Of a DNA stretch of 44,353 nucleotides, positions 18,401 to 26,700 are shown piece by piece. Position numbers and translations under genes: made by a program. The notes under the pieces are model-generated. The model was not told the origin of the DNA. It was given only the letters and a program-made list of their open reading frames with translations, and did not search any database. Each line of letters starts with the position of its first letter. The stretch's first letter is position 1. This stretch comes from a virus (Duplodnaviria > Caudoviricetes): IMG/VR virus record IMGVR_UViG_3300017766_001190, positions 1-44,353 of that record; one strand, given 5' to 3'.

Positions 18401-18665
18401 TTGTTCCACTTGATTCACCTGCAAAATTGGCATCCGCAGATACTGATAGCATTATTCCGGGAATACCACTGAAGCTGTTTGCTATTGGATATCCTAACTT
18501 TTCCCATAAATAGTGAGTTCTCTCATCTAGGTCATAAAGAGGCTCGTTATCCTGTTCCCAGTTGTAGAAAGAACTAGTGTCAAATTTAGTAACGTACTCA
18601 GTCCAGCTATTGTATAAACTAGCTGTACCACTTGCAAGATAAAGGTCTGTTTCTACGAATGCCAT
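15447..18665 (-). CDS. Tailspike-like protein with right-handed parallel beta-helix (pectin-lyase-like fold)
   Basis: 1072 aa with recurrent G(F/I/Y).(L/I).NS.(V/I) turns (GYEIVNSK, GFKFVNSD, GFRLINSN, GIELINSN, GIKADNSV, GLDLVNSK). The N-terminal DNEPLYDLDERTHYL resembles that of 13047..15365. Confidence 0.72.
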   Translation of the reverse strand: MAFVETDLYLASGTASLYNSWTEYVTKFDTSSFYNWEQDNEPLYDLDERTHYLWEKLGYPIANSFSGIPGIMLSVSADANFAGESSGTIFKSVSSVINALPEVITYPIIIEVANFGSLGSLELNNLKFKDNGGIEIINRNFSKVYGKSSDGNKSTIRGANYYLSSIDLFNTLLNTKIVSLNSKVCSSVSVSADTRWSRKNQIVYLNRAHAYSDAALATGPGSSILSLGINDNTSIISPTSANMVNYVNYDVTYDLTLSADFQSQNLLDATYMTGTTTNGETDGRVRNEVASVIDHPITGYFYGNWFNSIKIQNCNGPVFIRNFAVDGASGQAGTLSHNTVNGYEIVNSKLTIENALAVRCKEAGFKFVNSDVVLNRGAVAMRNYTLNSSNSRSSYKSAGFRLINSNVTLSTSPYVSGVEEIIHATKNYYGIELINSNWSGGTARKDTVSSGVNFIQAFHNTVGIKADNSVIEIPGRLDTHTNDIGLDLVNSKLQMNECTVEYNQSHGIRSNNSDISYNQSLNQFSKVNAIDTDGQYYFNRNGCHLTLNNSKIAYTEAVDIPNKYGMFYMKYCTGTDLPTGGDTTVPSFRVINNSVAKLIRPYIKTFDTLIMDYPIYGLLATALNNSKIIFIGDGSKITYLQGPNGVTDNTANIYAGNHSTVEFQGPTLIGNAGVGVLAEDNSVINFNPHKNDYGNILQQEFNLSSASNHTIVEIHAIRSCLVANRNSVINMEDLGSMHSFWTGTINADTPYSQDIQLYTSGGYMQFYPNGIGALASDNMRVVNGSIEQNNSVTTRYILLNPFNSATSISQINQISNGGMCVRAINGSIINVKNVHFPCGWDNTSGILYDASSGRNCDMLRIWNIGPNSYLNASYCSVSGMYPSLAGYYGPSAVYLSGNSIASAVPSSVPDTGRLSVLDHYGASGSASARNYGPFRLMVSVDGPAKFLNYYNNSQLIYNSAYQAYAQGYNPSGSLSAVPEVSAIYSDIGATSSFFTTSAFIDPSFRSRIRLDQSAADTFANAKNGALRRSGRIPFCTIYYSTGVSNSEGFDTLTIGSGQGLYSVNIFDLSRDV

Positions 18666-18675
18666 AATTTATTTC

Positions 18676-19248
18676 CTAGAAATATAAGGTCCATCTAAAT
18701 AAAAGTGCATATTCATTTGTTTTTGATAAATTAGTAAAAGATCTGTATGCTACCAGAACAGATTCTATGGATGGTTGACCTCTTGGATTTTTCATAAATA
18801 ATCCAATCTCATTAAATACATATGAATTATTTAATGCATCTTGTGGAATTATAATATGATATCTTACGCTTGTAGGTGATACCTTTATAATATTGTTAGA
18901 TGGGATTACTATATAACCTTCAAATCCAGCAAGAAAACCATTTTGATATTGACTATTTTGTGAGGTTGGAAGAGGTTGACCACTTAAAGCAGCATAAGAC
19001 AAACTTGAGTTTAATTTATATGTAGATACTCCGTAATCGGTAGATCCTGATACTCCTAATTGAGCATATCTTATCTGAAAATCCAATATACTACTGGATC
19101 CTAGTTCCGAAAATAGATGAGCTAAACCCCAACCCATTCCAGATGTAATTACGTTATGATCAGACCAATGAAGTTCTTCTCTACCATCTGGATAGATCTT
19201 AACTATGTCTAAATGGCCTTTTATATTGAATTTATCTTCTTTTCTCAT
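18676..19248 (-). CDS. Tail-collar/fibre-base-type domain protein (paralog 1, stand-alone)
   Basis: Pattern IKGHLDI...HNVITSG...QLGVSG...NEIGLF...LVAYRSF..LSKTNEYALLFRWTLYF is typical of tail-collar fibre N-terminal domains. Confidence 0.65.
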   Translation of the reverse strand: MRKEDKFNIKGHLDIVKIYPDGREELHWSDHNVITSGMGWGLAHLFSELGSSSILDFQIRYAQLGVSGSTDYGVSTYKLNSSLSYAALSGQPLPTSQNSQYQNGFLAGFEGYIVIPSNNIIKVSPTSVRYHIIIPQDALNNSYVFNEIGLFMKNPRGQPSIESVLVAYRSFTNLSKTNEYALLFRWTLYF

Positions 19249-19252
19249 CTCT

Positions 19253-19263
19253 TAATTATATAG
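19253..19263 (-). promoter_or_regulatory. Putative late promoter CTATATAATTA (near-leaderless)
   Basis: The CTAWATA motif ends 8 nt before the ATG at 19248 and sits in a 17-bp gap. Confidence 0.4.
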
Positions 19264-19265
19264 GG

Positions 19266-21890
19266 TTAAGGGTATATTTCGTAGTAACCAACTGTTAGCA
19301 CAGTAAAGATCTTTGTAGAAGAATCATAAGTTGCTCTTTGTGATCCCTGAGAAGTATATGGTCTAATTCTATAAGAAGTTACATCTTCTAGTTTTAATTC
19401 CTCTCCAACAGGATCTAAGGTTCCATTACCATCTATGTACCGTTTAAATATAACCTTTGAAGGATTAAAATCTAATTGAATTCTAGTTCTTCTAGTGCTT
19501 CCAGAGATTAAAGGGTAACAATTAATTGAAGATGCATTATAACACCTAAGCGGGTTAGATGTAGTTATATTAAATTTAGTTAGATTAATATTAAATTTAG
19601 GAGCTAAATTATCTGGTATAGAAACAATCATATTATTATACCCAGATACATTTAATGTATTAGAATCAGTATCTATACTCCAAACAATAACTCCTAATCC
19701 AGAGTTAAAATAAGAACTTGCATAATAATTAGCTGAAGTATAATATAGATTTTCTGGAAGTTCAGGAACTATATTTACATCAAAGTACCATGCTTTTCCA
19801 GACCTAGTAACTATTGTTGAAGCTTCTACAGGATATTCAAAAATAGAACTAGATATAAAATTTATAGCGTCATCTTGATTTAAAGCGTAAAGATTGTGTG
19901 TATTTAAATTTGGAACTTGAGCAATAGGTAGGTTATACTGTGTAACCATCATTGTTGATACATCTGCTAATGATGAGTAAACAAATTTATAATTAGAATG
20001 AATTCCACTTAATACTAAAGCTGAAGTAAGAATTCTAGATGGCTCTTCTAAAAATCCTTCTGAACCCCCTCCTACAACATCATCTCTAGAATATTGAAAA
20101 TAATATGGTATATGTCTTAAGTTATAAAAAGTACAAGTGGAAAAACTAAAGTCAGAGCTAGTTACAAAATTATAGTCTACGCACAAGTTTTCGTAATAAG
20201 CCAAAGGAACACTGCTAGGCTCAGTTGATGAAATAGAATTCCACAAAGAACCATCTATTTCATAATATGTTTCGTAAGTAACTTCATCTCCATCAACTAT
20301 TGTTGTAACCGTTGAAGGAGTAAAAGAGAAAGGCGGATCTACTTGAAAAGAACTGGTATTATTACTAGAAATTGTAGAATCTGAATATAAAGTTGTAGAT
20401 GTAACATAATCATAAAAAGCAATAGATGCCTTATATCCTATTAACTCATTTACATTCCATGTTTGTGATGATGCATATAATGTATAGTTATTAGTTGGAG
20501 ATGAACTTGTAGCAAATCCGTTTGAGTTTCTAAGCATATATGCTGGAGCCGATTCAGCTAATCCTGATCCCGCAGTCCAAAAAACAATAGGTTTAGCAAA
20601 ATCTCTTAGGCTTTCATTTACTGGAATAGGTAAATAAGGACTCGATCCTATTGAACTTGGAGCGCCAGTCCACCATACTTTTTTAATACTTAATGCAGGA
20701 GCAAGAGCAACTACTCCAGCGGGGTTTAACGCACTAGGAGAAGCGTCAATCATTCTTGAGGCATAGTTTGTTGCACATCCTCCACCCATTGAAAATCCAA
20801 AGAAATATATTCTTTTTCTATCAATAGGATAGTGATTTACTATGTACTGAAGAATTTTATAAAATCCATCAAAAGTTTGCTTACTATTCCAATTTCTTCT
20901 TATAGCATCTCCATGTAAATATAATGGTTTTGAAGGTGTTGTCCAATTATCTCCATTTGTACCAAAGTAACCAGAACTTCCCATTGTTCCGTGTACTCCC
21001 AAATAGAACCATCCTTTATCTAAAACTTTATTATACATTGAAGATGGCCCATATCCTGCAACCCTATAAGATGTAGGTTGTCTCCATTGGTTTTGGTTAT
21101 TACCTAAACTATGAAAAGTAACGACTAAAGGAGTTCCATCGTAGTCGTATGTTGCAGGAATACCTAGATCAATTGAATCACTATGATCTGTTCCTGTATT
21201 TAAATCTCCTAAACCGCTAGCAAAATCAAATACATAGAACTTTTTAGAATTTACCCCTAAGAATCCTAAATTGTTATTTCCAACATCCTCAACTATGATC
21301 TTCCATAATATGATAAGATTAAAGTCAGATGTTTTAGTTATGGGTGCAAATGATTTATATGCTGCAAGTATTGGTGTATTTTTATTAGGATAGGCATCTG
21401 CGTTATTTATAAATAATCCTACTTCTGATATAGCTTTTCCATTTCCCATAGTCTTATCCAAGACTAAGCGGGTAGATATTCCATTAGGAGATACTATTGT
21501 TTTATTTTCTTTAGTAACACCAACAAAAGCTGCGCTAGTGGTGGTATATTCTATTGGATATTGAAAGTTTCCATTCTCTGAAACTATATGGTCTAATACT
21601 GCTAACTCTTGAATAGTATTAGAACCATAATCTGATAAACTTAAAGGTGATTGTAATTGGTAAAAAGATTTATTTGTATAATTAGTTGGAAAATTTGAAG
21701 ATAGATTTCCAATACCTACTTGGAAATAAGCTAAACCAAAGTTATCTAGATTATCATCCGAAATTGTAGTTAGGACATTCGCTAATGCATATGCCATTCC
21801 TTCAGCTATAGTATTCTTACCTTGATAGACTATTTGACAATAACCATCATCGTATTCTTTGATAACCTCTATTTCACCTACAAATTTCAT
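19266..21890 (-). CDS. Tail-collar-type domain fused to an alpha/beta-hydrolase (esterase) (paralog 2; start revised from 21908 to 21890)
   Basis: The first ~200 aa are paralogous to 18676..19248 (KNTIAEG, SEVGLF, LAAYKSF..ITKT). Then come PLVVTFHSLG, IDRKRIYFFGFSMGGG (GxSxG at 20781-20798), SRDDVV and NTHN. ATGA overlap with the upstream stop. Confidence 0.8.
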   Translation of the reverse strand: MKFVGEIEVIKEYDDGYCQIVYQGKNTIAEGMAYALANVLTTISDDNLDNFGLAYFQVGIGNLSSNFPTNYTNKSFYQLQSPLSLSDYGSNTIQELAVLDHIVSENGNFQYPIEYTTTSAAFVGVTKENKTIVSPNGISTRLVLDKTMGNGKAISEVGLFINNADAYPNKNTPILAAYKSFAPITKTSDFNLIILWKIIVEDVGNNNLGFLGVNSKKFYVFDFASGLGDLNTGTDHSDSIDLGIPATYDYDGTPLVVTFHSLGNNQNQWRQPTSYRVAGYGPSSMYNKVLDKGWFYLGVHGTMGSSGYFGTNGDNWTTPSKPLYLHGDAIRRNWNSKQTFDGFYKILQYIVNHYPIDRKRIYFFGFSMGGGCATNYASRMIDASPSALNPAGVVALAPALSIKKVWWTGAPSSIGSSPYLPIPVNESLRDFAKPIVFWTAGSGLAESAPAYMLRNSNGFATSSSPTNNYTLYASSQTWNVNELIGYKASIAFYDYVTSTTLYSDSTISSNNTSSFQVDPPFSFTPSTVTTIVDGDEVTYETYYEIDGSLWNSISSTEPSSVPLAYYENLCVDYNFVTSSDFSFSTCTFYNLRHIPYYFQYSRDDVVGGGSEGFLEEPSRILTSALVLSGIHSNYKFVYSSLADVSTMMVTQYNLPIAQVPNLNTHNLYALNQDDAINFISSSIFEYPVEASTIVTRSGKAWYFDVNIVPELPENLYYTSANYYASSYFNSGLGVIVWSIDTDSNTLNVSGYNNMIVSIPDNLAPKFNINLTKFNITTSNPLRCYNASSINCYPLISGSTRRTRIQLDFNPSKVIFKRYIDGNGTLDPVGEELKLEDVTSYRIRPYTSQGSQRATYDSSTKIFTVLTVGYYEIYP

Positions 21891-22900
21891 ATAAAATAAA
21901 TACTCCAATTAATTTCTATAATAGTATTATTTAGTAATCCCGCGTTTACTCCAGTATCAAAAGCTCTACATATATTATTATTAAATATTTTTTTAGCAAA
22001 TAATTTATAAATTATTTTTGGTTGTAAAACGTCATCATTTTGAAGTGGGAAAACTCCACCATTTTTTATAGTAGCAGGGATATCTATATACCATAATCCC
22101 ATCGTAGATATTCCACCATATAAATTAAGTATTCTATTTTCTGCTGCGGCTAATTTTATTTGATTTGTAATCTTACCTAAAGAACTAACAGCAGCAGCAT
22201 TTAATTGTAACGCTAATCCTTTAAATGAATCTGAGTCTCTTTTTATATACCCTCTCCAATCAATTCCAGATGCGCTGTTAAATGTTACAGCAGAATTAAA
22301 GTCTGTTACTCCTCCTGAAACAATAACATTAATTCCTGAAGAATCTTTTAACAAAACTCTTGTTCTAGCAGTAAATGTTTCACTTTCAGGATAGCATCCA
22401 AATAAGGCTGCTGTGGAAACATTTAGCGAACTAAATAAAGGTAAAGAAGATAGACCTCTTTTCCATAGTCCAAATATATTTAGATTTTGTCCATAATCAG
22501 ATATAAATGGTAGCAAAGAAGAAGGAATATGTTGTAATCGTGTATCTAATGGGTCAGGATAAGTAGGAAGACCATTTACTGGAATAAAACTGGAAGAAGA
22601 TCCACTTGTGTTTATTACTGTAAATTCATATCTTCTTAGAGAAGAATTATAAATAGAACTTAACTGTAGTATGCTGGATGAGTGACAGTTTGTATTATAC
22701 GATAACGAATCTTTACCAAAAGATGCTGCTCTTATTGTATAATTTGATGCATCTAATAAAGCAGATGCAGAAGGTATTTGAGATAAACTTGGTGTAACGG
22801 TCATTATATCAGTTAATAGTTCAGATGCCCCATCAACAATTAAGTTGTCAGATTCATAAACCCTAACACCATCTTGTATTATTTCTACAACACCTCTCAT
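21887..22900 (-). CDS. Tail-collar/fibre-base-type domain protein (paralog 3)
   Basis: MRGVVEI...DNLIVDGA...STMGLW...KLFAKKIF...IEINWSIYF follows the same pattern as the other two paralogs. Confidence 0.6.
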   Translation of the reverse strand: MRGVVEIIQDGVRVYESDNLIVDGASELLTDIMTVTPSLSQIPSASALLDASNYTIRAASFGKDSLSYNTNCHSSSILQLSSIYNSSLRRYEFTVINTSGSSSSFIPVNGLPTYPDPLDTRLQHIPSSLLPFISDYGQNLNIFGLWKRGLSSLPLFSSLNVSTAALFGCYPESETFTARTRVLLKDSSGINVIVSGGVTDFNSAVTFNSASGIDWRGYIKRDSDSFKGLALQLNAAAVSSLGKITNQIKLAAAENRILNLYGGISTMGLWYIDIPATIKNGGVFPLQNDDVLQPKIIYKLFAKKIFNNNICRAFDTGVNAGLLNNTIIEINWSIYFI

Positions 22901-25900
22901 TAATTAATAAGCTCCATGATTCTAAATGAATTTGTATATATACTTCCATAAGTTCCACCATTCCACGCTGGGAACTCTCTATAGTTAATTCTACTTCCTC
23001 CTGATGTACCATATGTTCCAGAGGTAACTGATGCTCTTCTGCTTGCTCTATCGTTAGCTATATCCTTCATAAAGTTTAATGATATTAACAATTGTTCTGG
23101 AGTATACTCTTCTGCATAAGTATTTAAAGTAGTATCCATTAAATCTATATCATCAAATAATACATATGAATCTGGTGAATTTTCTGCAATCTTAAATATC
23201 TCTACAACATATTTTTGATTGAACCTATGTACTTGACCAAAGTTCTTGAAGTATTCCTGAGGTAGTTCTATAGGCTGATTCTTTGTATTAAAGTTTACAT
23301 TTACTTCTTTAAATAGTTCTAGAGTTATGTTCTCTAAAGTTAGTTTAGCTGGATTTGCGTTATTGTAGCATTGACCTATGTAAGAACTAGTAGCAGAGTC
23401 TGGAACTGGGGTTACTGGAGTATAATCTAAGTGCATATAAGGTCTTAGCTGTAAAAGGTTTAGAGATGATGTAATGTCAGTCTTTTCCCATTTACCTGCT
23501 GGAGTCCAAGACCATATCATGTTATTTTCTGGTTCGGTATGAATCCATACACCTATACCACCCCCACCATAATTAGTTCCTGTTTCAAGTCCAGCTAAGT
23601 ATCTTGTGCTTAACTCAAATTCGTGATTTGGTATTAGGTTAGATCCTAAGGCACTTAAATGATAAACTATTCTTGGGAAACCATTGATGGCTCTCTGCTT
23701 TATTACAGGATTCTCAACCATGTAAGGGGAATAAGATTTAGACCAAGCATTTCTGTTTATCTTATATATAAAGAATGCATTATTCTGTGAAGCTCCAGAA
23801 GTATTTACGATTTCAACATTCTTCAAAATTTCCTTGTTTCTAAATTCATTTCCAAAGTTGACTCCGAAAGAAGAAACAATGTAGGTATAAGCTCCTAAAA
23901 GACTTAGTACTCCAGATCCAGAAATGTTACTAATTGCAGAGGGTTCTGAGTATGAGGAAGCTATTAAGCTAGGTGAAGCTGTTACAGCGGATCCGTATAG
24001 ATCAAATTTGGAGTTTGGTATTATGGATCCATAGATGTGATTAAATAATCCATTACCTGCACTAGGCTCTAAAACTCTATATGTTAGTTGATTTCTATTA
24101 AAGTATTTTGACCAATCATTATAGATCTTGTGAGCGCCTCTTCCAAATTCAAAATCATCATATTGAGTAAAGCTAGATATTGCAAAACTTGAATTCGCAT
24201 AACTAGTTGGAATATCCATGTATAGAGACATAGCTCCCAAGGCAGACCATCCAGCCGCAGTATCTAAATAGTCTTGCCAGTATTGTTTTTCTCTATTGTA
24301 CAATACGTTATATATTACTGGGAAAATTTCATTTGTTTCACCTTTGTAAGTGTGTCTAGTACAAGCAGAGAATGCTAAATTATCTAATCCTCTTGATGGG
24401 AAAGTTGCACTAATTATAAGTCCGCTATATATTGAGCTAGAATTTAAAGTTTCACACTTAGAATATATGTCTGGTATAGAACTAACATTATCTATAGAAA
24501 CAAACTCATTTGCAGATGGAATATATCCTAATGGGAGATAGCCTAGACTGCTGTAAGAATACTCTATTGTTGAGGCGTATAATGGTAATGGAGCATTGAA
24601 GCCTGTTCTAGTATAAAGGTAATTCTTAGGTAGAACATTATGCAAGGATCTTCTTCTAAATGATGTTCTAGGTAAAGAACCTGTGATAGAAGAGGAGGAC
24701 ATGGCTGCATCTGAAAATTGATCTACTACACCTCTTCCAAATACCCTGTTCAAGGATGTCATTGACACACCTGAAGAATAGAATCCAGCCATTACACCTG
24801 ATCCGGGATATGTTTCCTCGAACTCACCTTCTACTGATGGGCAGGTGTTTTCTTGATATCCTGCAAAGTCATTCTCACTTAGAATTAAGTTTGTATCAGG
24901 TATTGAGTGTGCAGGTGCAAAAGAGTTTACTGCTTCTATACCTTGCTGTAATGCTAGAGTTGAGCTAGTTATTAGAGATCTATTATCAAATGTGAATGAG
25001 GATGCATACAAGTCTAAGTTGTAGTGAGACGAATCTGCACTCCAAAGACCAAGATAATCTATCTTGCTATTTTCGTATTCACTAAGTAAACTATTGTAGT
25101 TTGGAGGAACTTGAAGACCTTCATATAACATTAACCATCTATTGTCAGCGTGTAATATCTCCTGACTATCTACAGTAAATGATCTTATGAAGAGACGTAC
25201 TTGATCTAGGAAGCTTGTGCTAATATTAAAACAAGCTAATCTATCAATTATAAAATCTATTAGATCAGATGTTACTTCTAGGTCTTTGTAGTAATTAATC
25301 TCCTCAAAGGGAGGTACAAAGAATACTCTATTTCGATATTTGAATGTAAAATTAGATGAGAATAAAGGCCATCTAGAGTTGCCTAATTTAAATAGATCAG
25401 GGAATTTTCTAGCTGCTTCAAAGATAATGTAGTCTACTACATAACGTATGTTTGTATCAAAATTAGTAGTAGAATAATCATTAATTCCTAGTGACGTAGC
25501 TAATGTTCTACTCCATGTGCTGTATGATTTTAGCAATGGAGATTCAGTAGCTAGTGAATAATAAATTAAATGTGGTATATAAGACTCATGTAACTCTTTT
25601 ATAGAAGCAGATAAGTTAAAAAAGTTTTCTGAGAAAATAGAGTCTAGTGCTAACTGAACTGATCTCTTTGTTCCTTTTGCCTTATATATTTCTGCTGCTG
25701 ACTTTAGTTGGAGTCTCCATCTATTTGCATCGTATCCGAATAGTCTCCAACCAATTAAATCTGCTAAGTAAGGAAGATAATCATCTGGACACTTATCAAT
25801 ATCAAAAAGAGTTTGTAATCTAGAAATATCATTATCTATATCATAATTTAAGTAAGATATAGCTTTAAGAAGTTTATAAAGTGCCCCCTTACTTTCTAAA

Positions 25901-26694
25901 GTGTCTAGTTTTATTCCCGTAGACAGATAGTTTTCAAAAGCAGTTTGTATGTATGTGTTGTTAAAGTCTAAATATTGATCAGTGTAGACTACATCTATTA
26001 AAGTTAGTAGCTTTTCTAGTTGCTGGGTTCCACTTGTATAAGTATCAGCACCTGATACAAAACTAGCTGGTATAAGTTCTAAATCTCTTATGACAGCACT
26101 AGAGCTATAGTTTCTCCATAAGAAATTTGTGATGCCCTTCATGGCATCTGAGTGATTTAACTGTTCTCCATAATAAAGTCTTATTAAGTTGTCTAAGACA
26201 AATGATGAAGGAGAATAGTTTACGGCACTGAAGTTTAAAAAGTAGAACCAACCAAGATTTGAGATTAAATACTCATGAGATCCAGAGGGAGTTGTTGCAA
26301 AATTTGCAGTAGGTTGATTTACTTTTATGGATGGAAGAAAGGTGCCGCTCAAGTACGATTTAAAAGTCGTACTAGTAGCGAAGTTCCCGAAATCTAGCCC
26401 GAGCGGCACCAGAATGTTTGACTCAAATGAAAATGGTGTTATTACACTGAGTTTGTTCTGTGGAATAAAATAAGGTGTTATTCCTGATAATGTATTTATG
26501 CTACTTACGTTAGCTGTAGCTGATACAGAGAATAGAGAAGAGAAGCTATTAGCTAAAGTTAAGTGTGTATTTAATAACTGATCTTCTAGTTTAATTCCAA
26601 GTCCAGAAACATCTATTTCATCTTGAAGATAAAACTTAGGAGTTATTATCTCAAGTGCTTTTACATTATTGTGTTTGTAGAAGTTTTGGACCAT
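22900..26694 (-). CDS. Large baseplate wedge protein with P2 gpI / T4 gp7-like domain
   Basis: LFDIDKCPDDYLPYLADLIGW...LKSAAEIYKAKGTKRSVQLAL and FAPAHS motifs. It lies immediately downstream of gp6. Confidence 0.8.
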   Translation of the reverse strand: MVQNFYKHNNVKALEIITPKFYLQDEIDVSGLGIKLEDQLLNTHLTLANSFSSLFSVSATANVSSINTLSGITPYFIPQNKLSVITPFSFESNILVPLGLDFGNFATSTTFKSYLSGTFLPSIKVNQPTANFATTPSGSHEYLISNLGWFYFLNFSAVNYSPSSFVLDNLIRLYYGEQLNHSDAMKGITNFLWRNYSSSAVIRDLELIPASFVSGADTYTSGTQQLEKLLTLIDVVYTDQYLDFNNTYIQTAFENYLSTGIKLDTLESKGALYKLLKAISYLNYDIDNDISRLQTLFDIDKCPDDYLPYLADLIGWRLFGYDANRWRLQLKSAAEIYKAKGTKRSVQLALDSIFSENFFNLSASIKELHESYIPHLIYYSLATESPLLKSYSTWSRTLATSLGINDYSTTNFDTNIRYVVDYIIFEAARKFPDLFKLGNSRWPLFSSNFTFKYRNRVFFVPPFEEINYYKDLEVTSDLIDFIIDRLACFNISTSFLDQVRLFIRSFTVDSQEILHADNRWLMLYEGLQVPPNYNSLLSEYENSKIDYLGLWSADSSHYNLDLYASSFTFDNRSLITSSTLALQQGIEAVNSFAPAHSIPDTNLILSENDFAGYQENTCPSVEGEFEETYPGSGVMAGFYSSGVSMTSLNRVFGRGVVDQFSDAAMSSSSITGSLPRTSFRRRSLHNVLPKNYLYTRTGFNAPLPLYASTIEYSYSSLGYLPLGYIPSANEFVSIDNVSSIPDIYSKCETLNSSSIYSGLIISATFPSRGLDNLAFSACTRHTYKGETNEIFPVIYNVLYNREKQYWQDYLDTAAGWSALGAMSLYMDIPTSYANSSFAISSFTQYDDFEFGRGAHKIYNDWSKYFNRNQLTYRVLEPSAGNGLFNHIYGSIIPNSKFDLYGSAVTASPSLIASSYSEPSAISNISGSGVLSLLGAYTYIVSSFGVNFGNEFRNKEILKNVEIVNTSGASQNNAFFIYKINRNAWSKSYSPYMVENPVIKQRAINGFPRIVYHLSALGSNLIPNHEFELSTRYLAGLETGTNYGGGGIGVWIHTEPENNMIWSWTPAGKWEKTDITSSLNLLQLRPYMHLDYTPVTPVPDSATSSYIGQCYNNANPAKLTLENITLELFKEVNVNFNTKNQPIELPQEYFKNFGQVHRFNQKYVVEIFKIAENSPDSYVLFDDIDLMDTTLNTYAEEYTPEQLLISLNFMKDIANDRASRRASVTSGTYGTSGGSRINYREFPAWNGGTYGSIYTNSFRIMELIN

Positions 26695-26700
26695 AAATTA

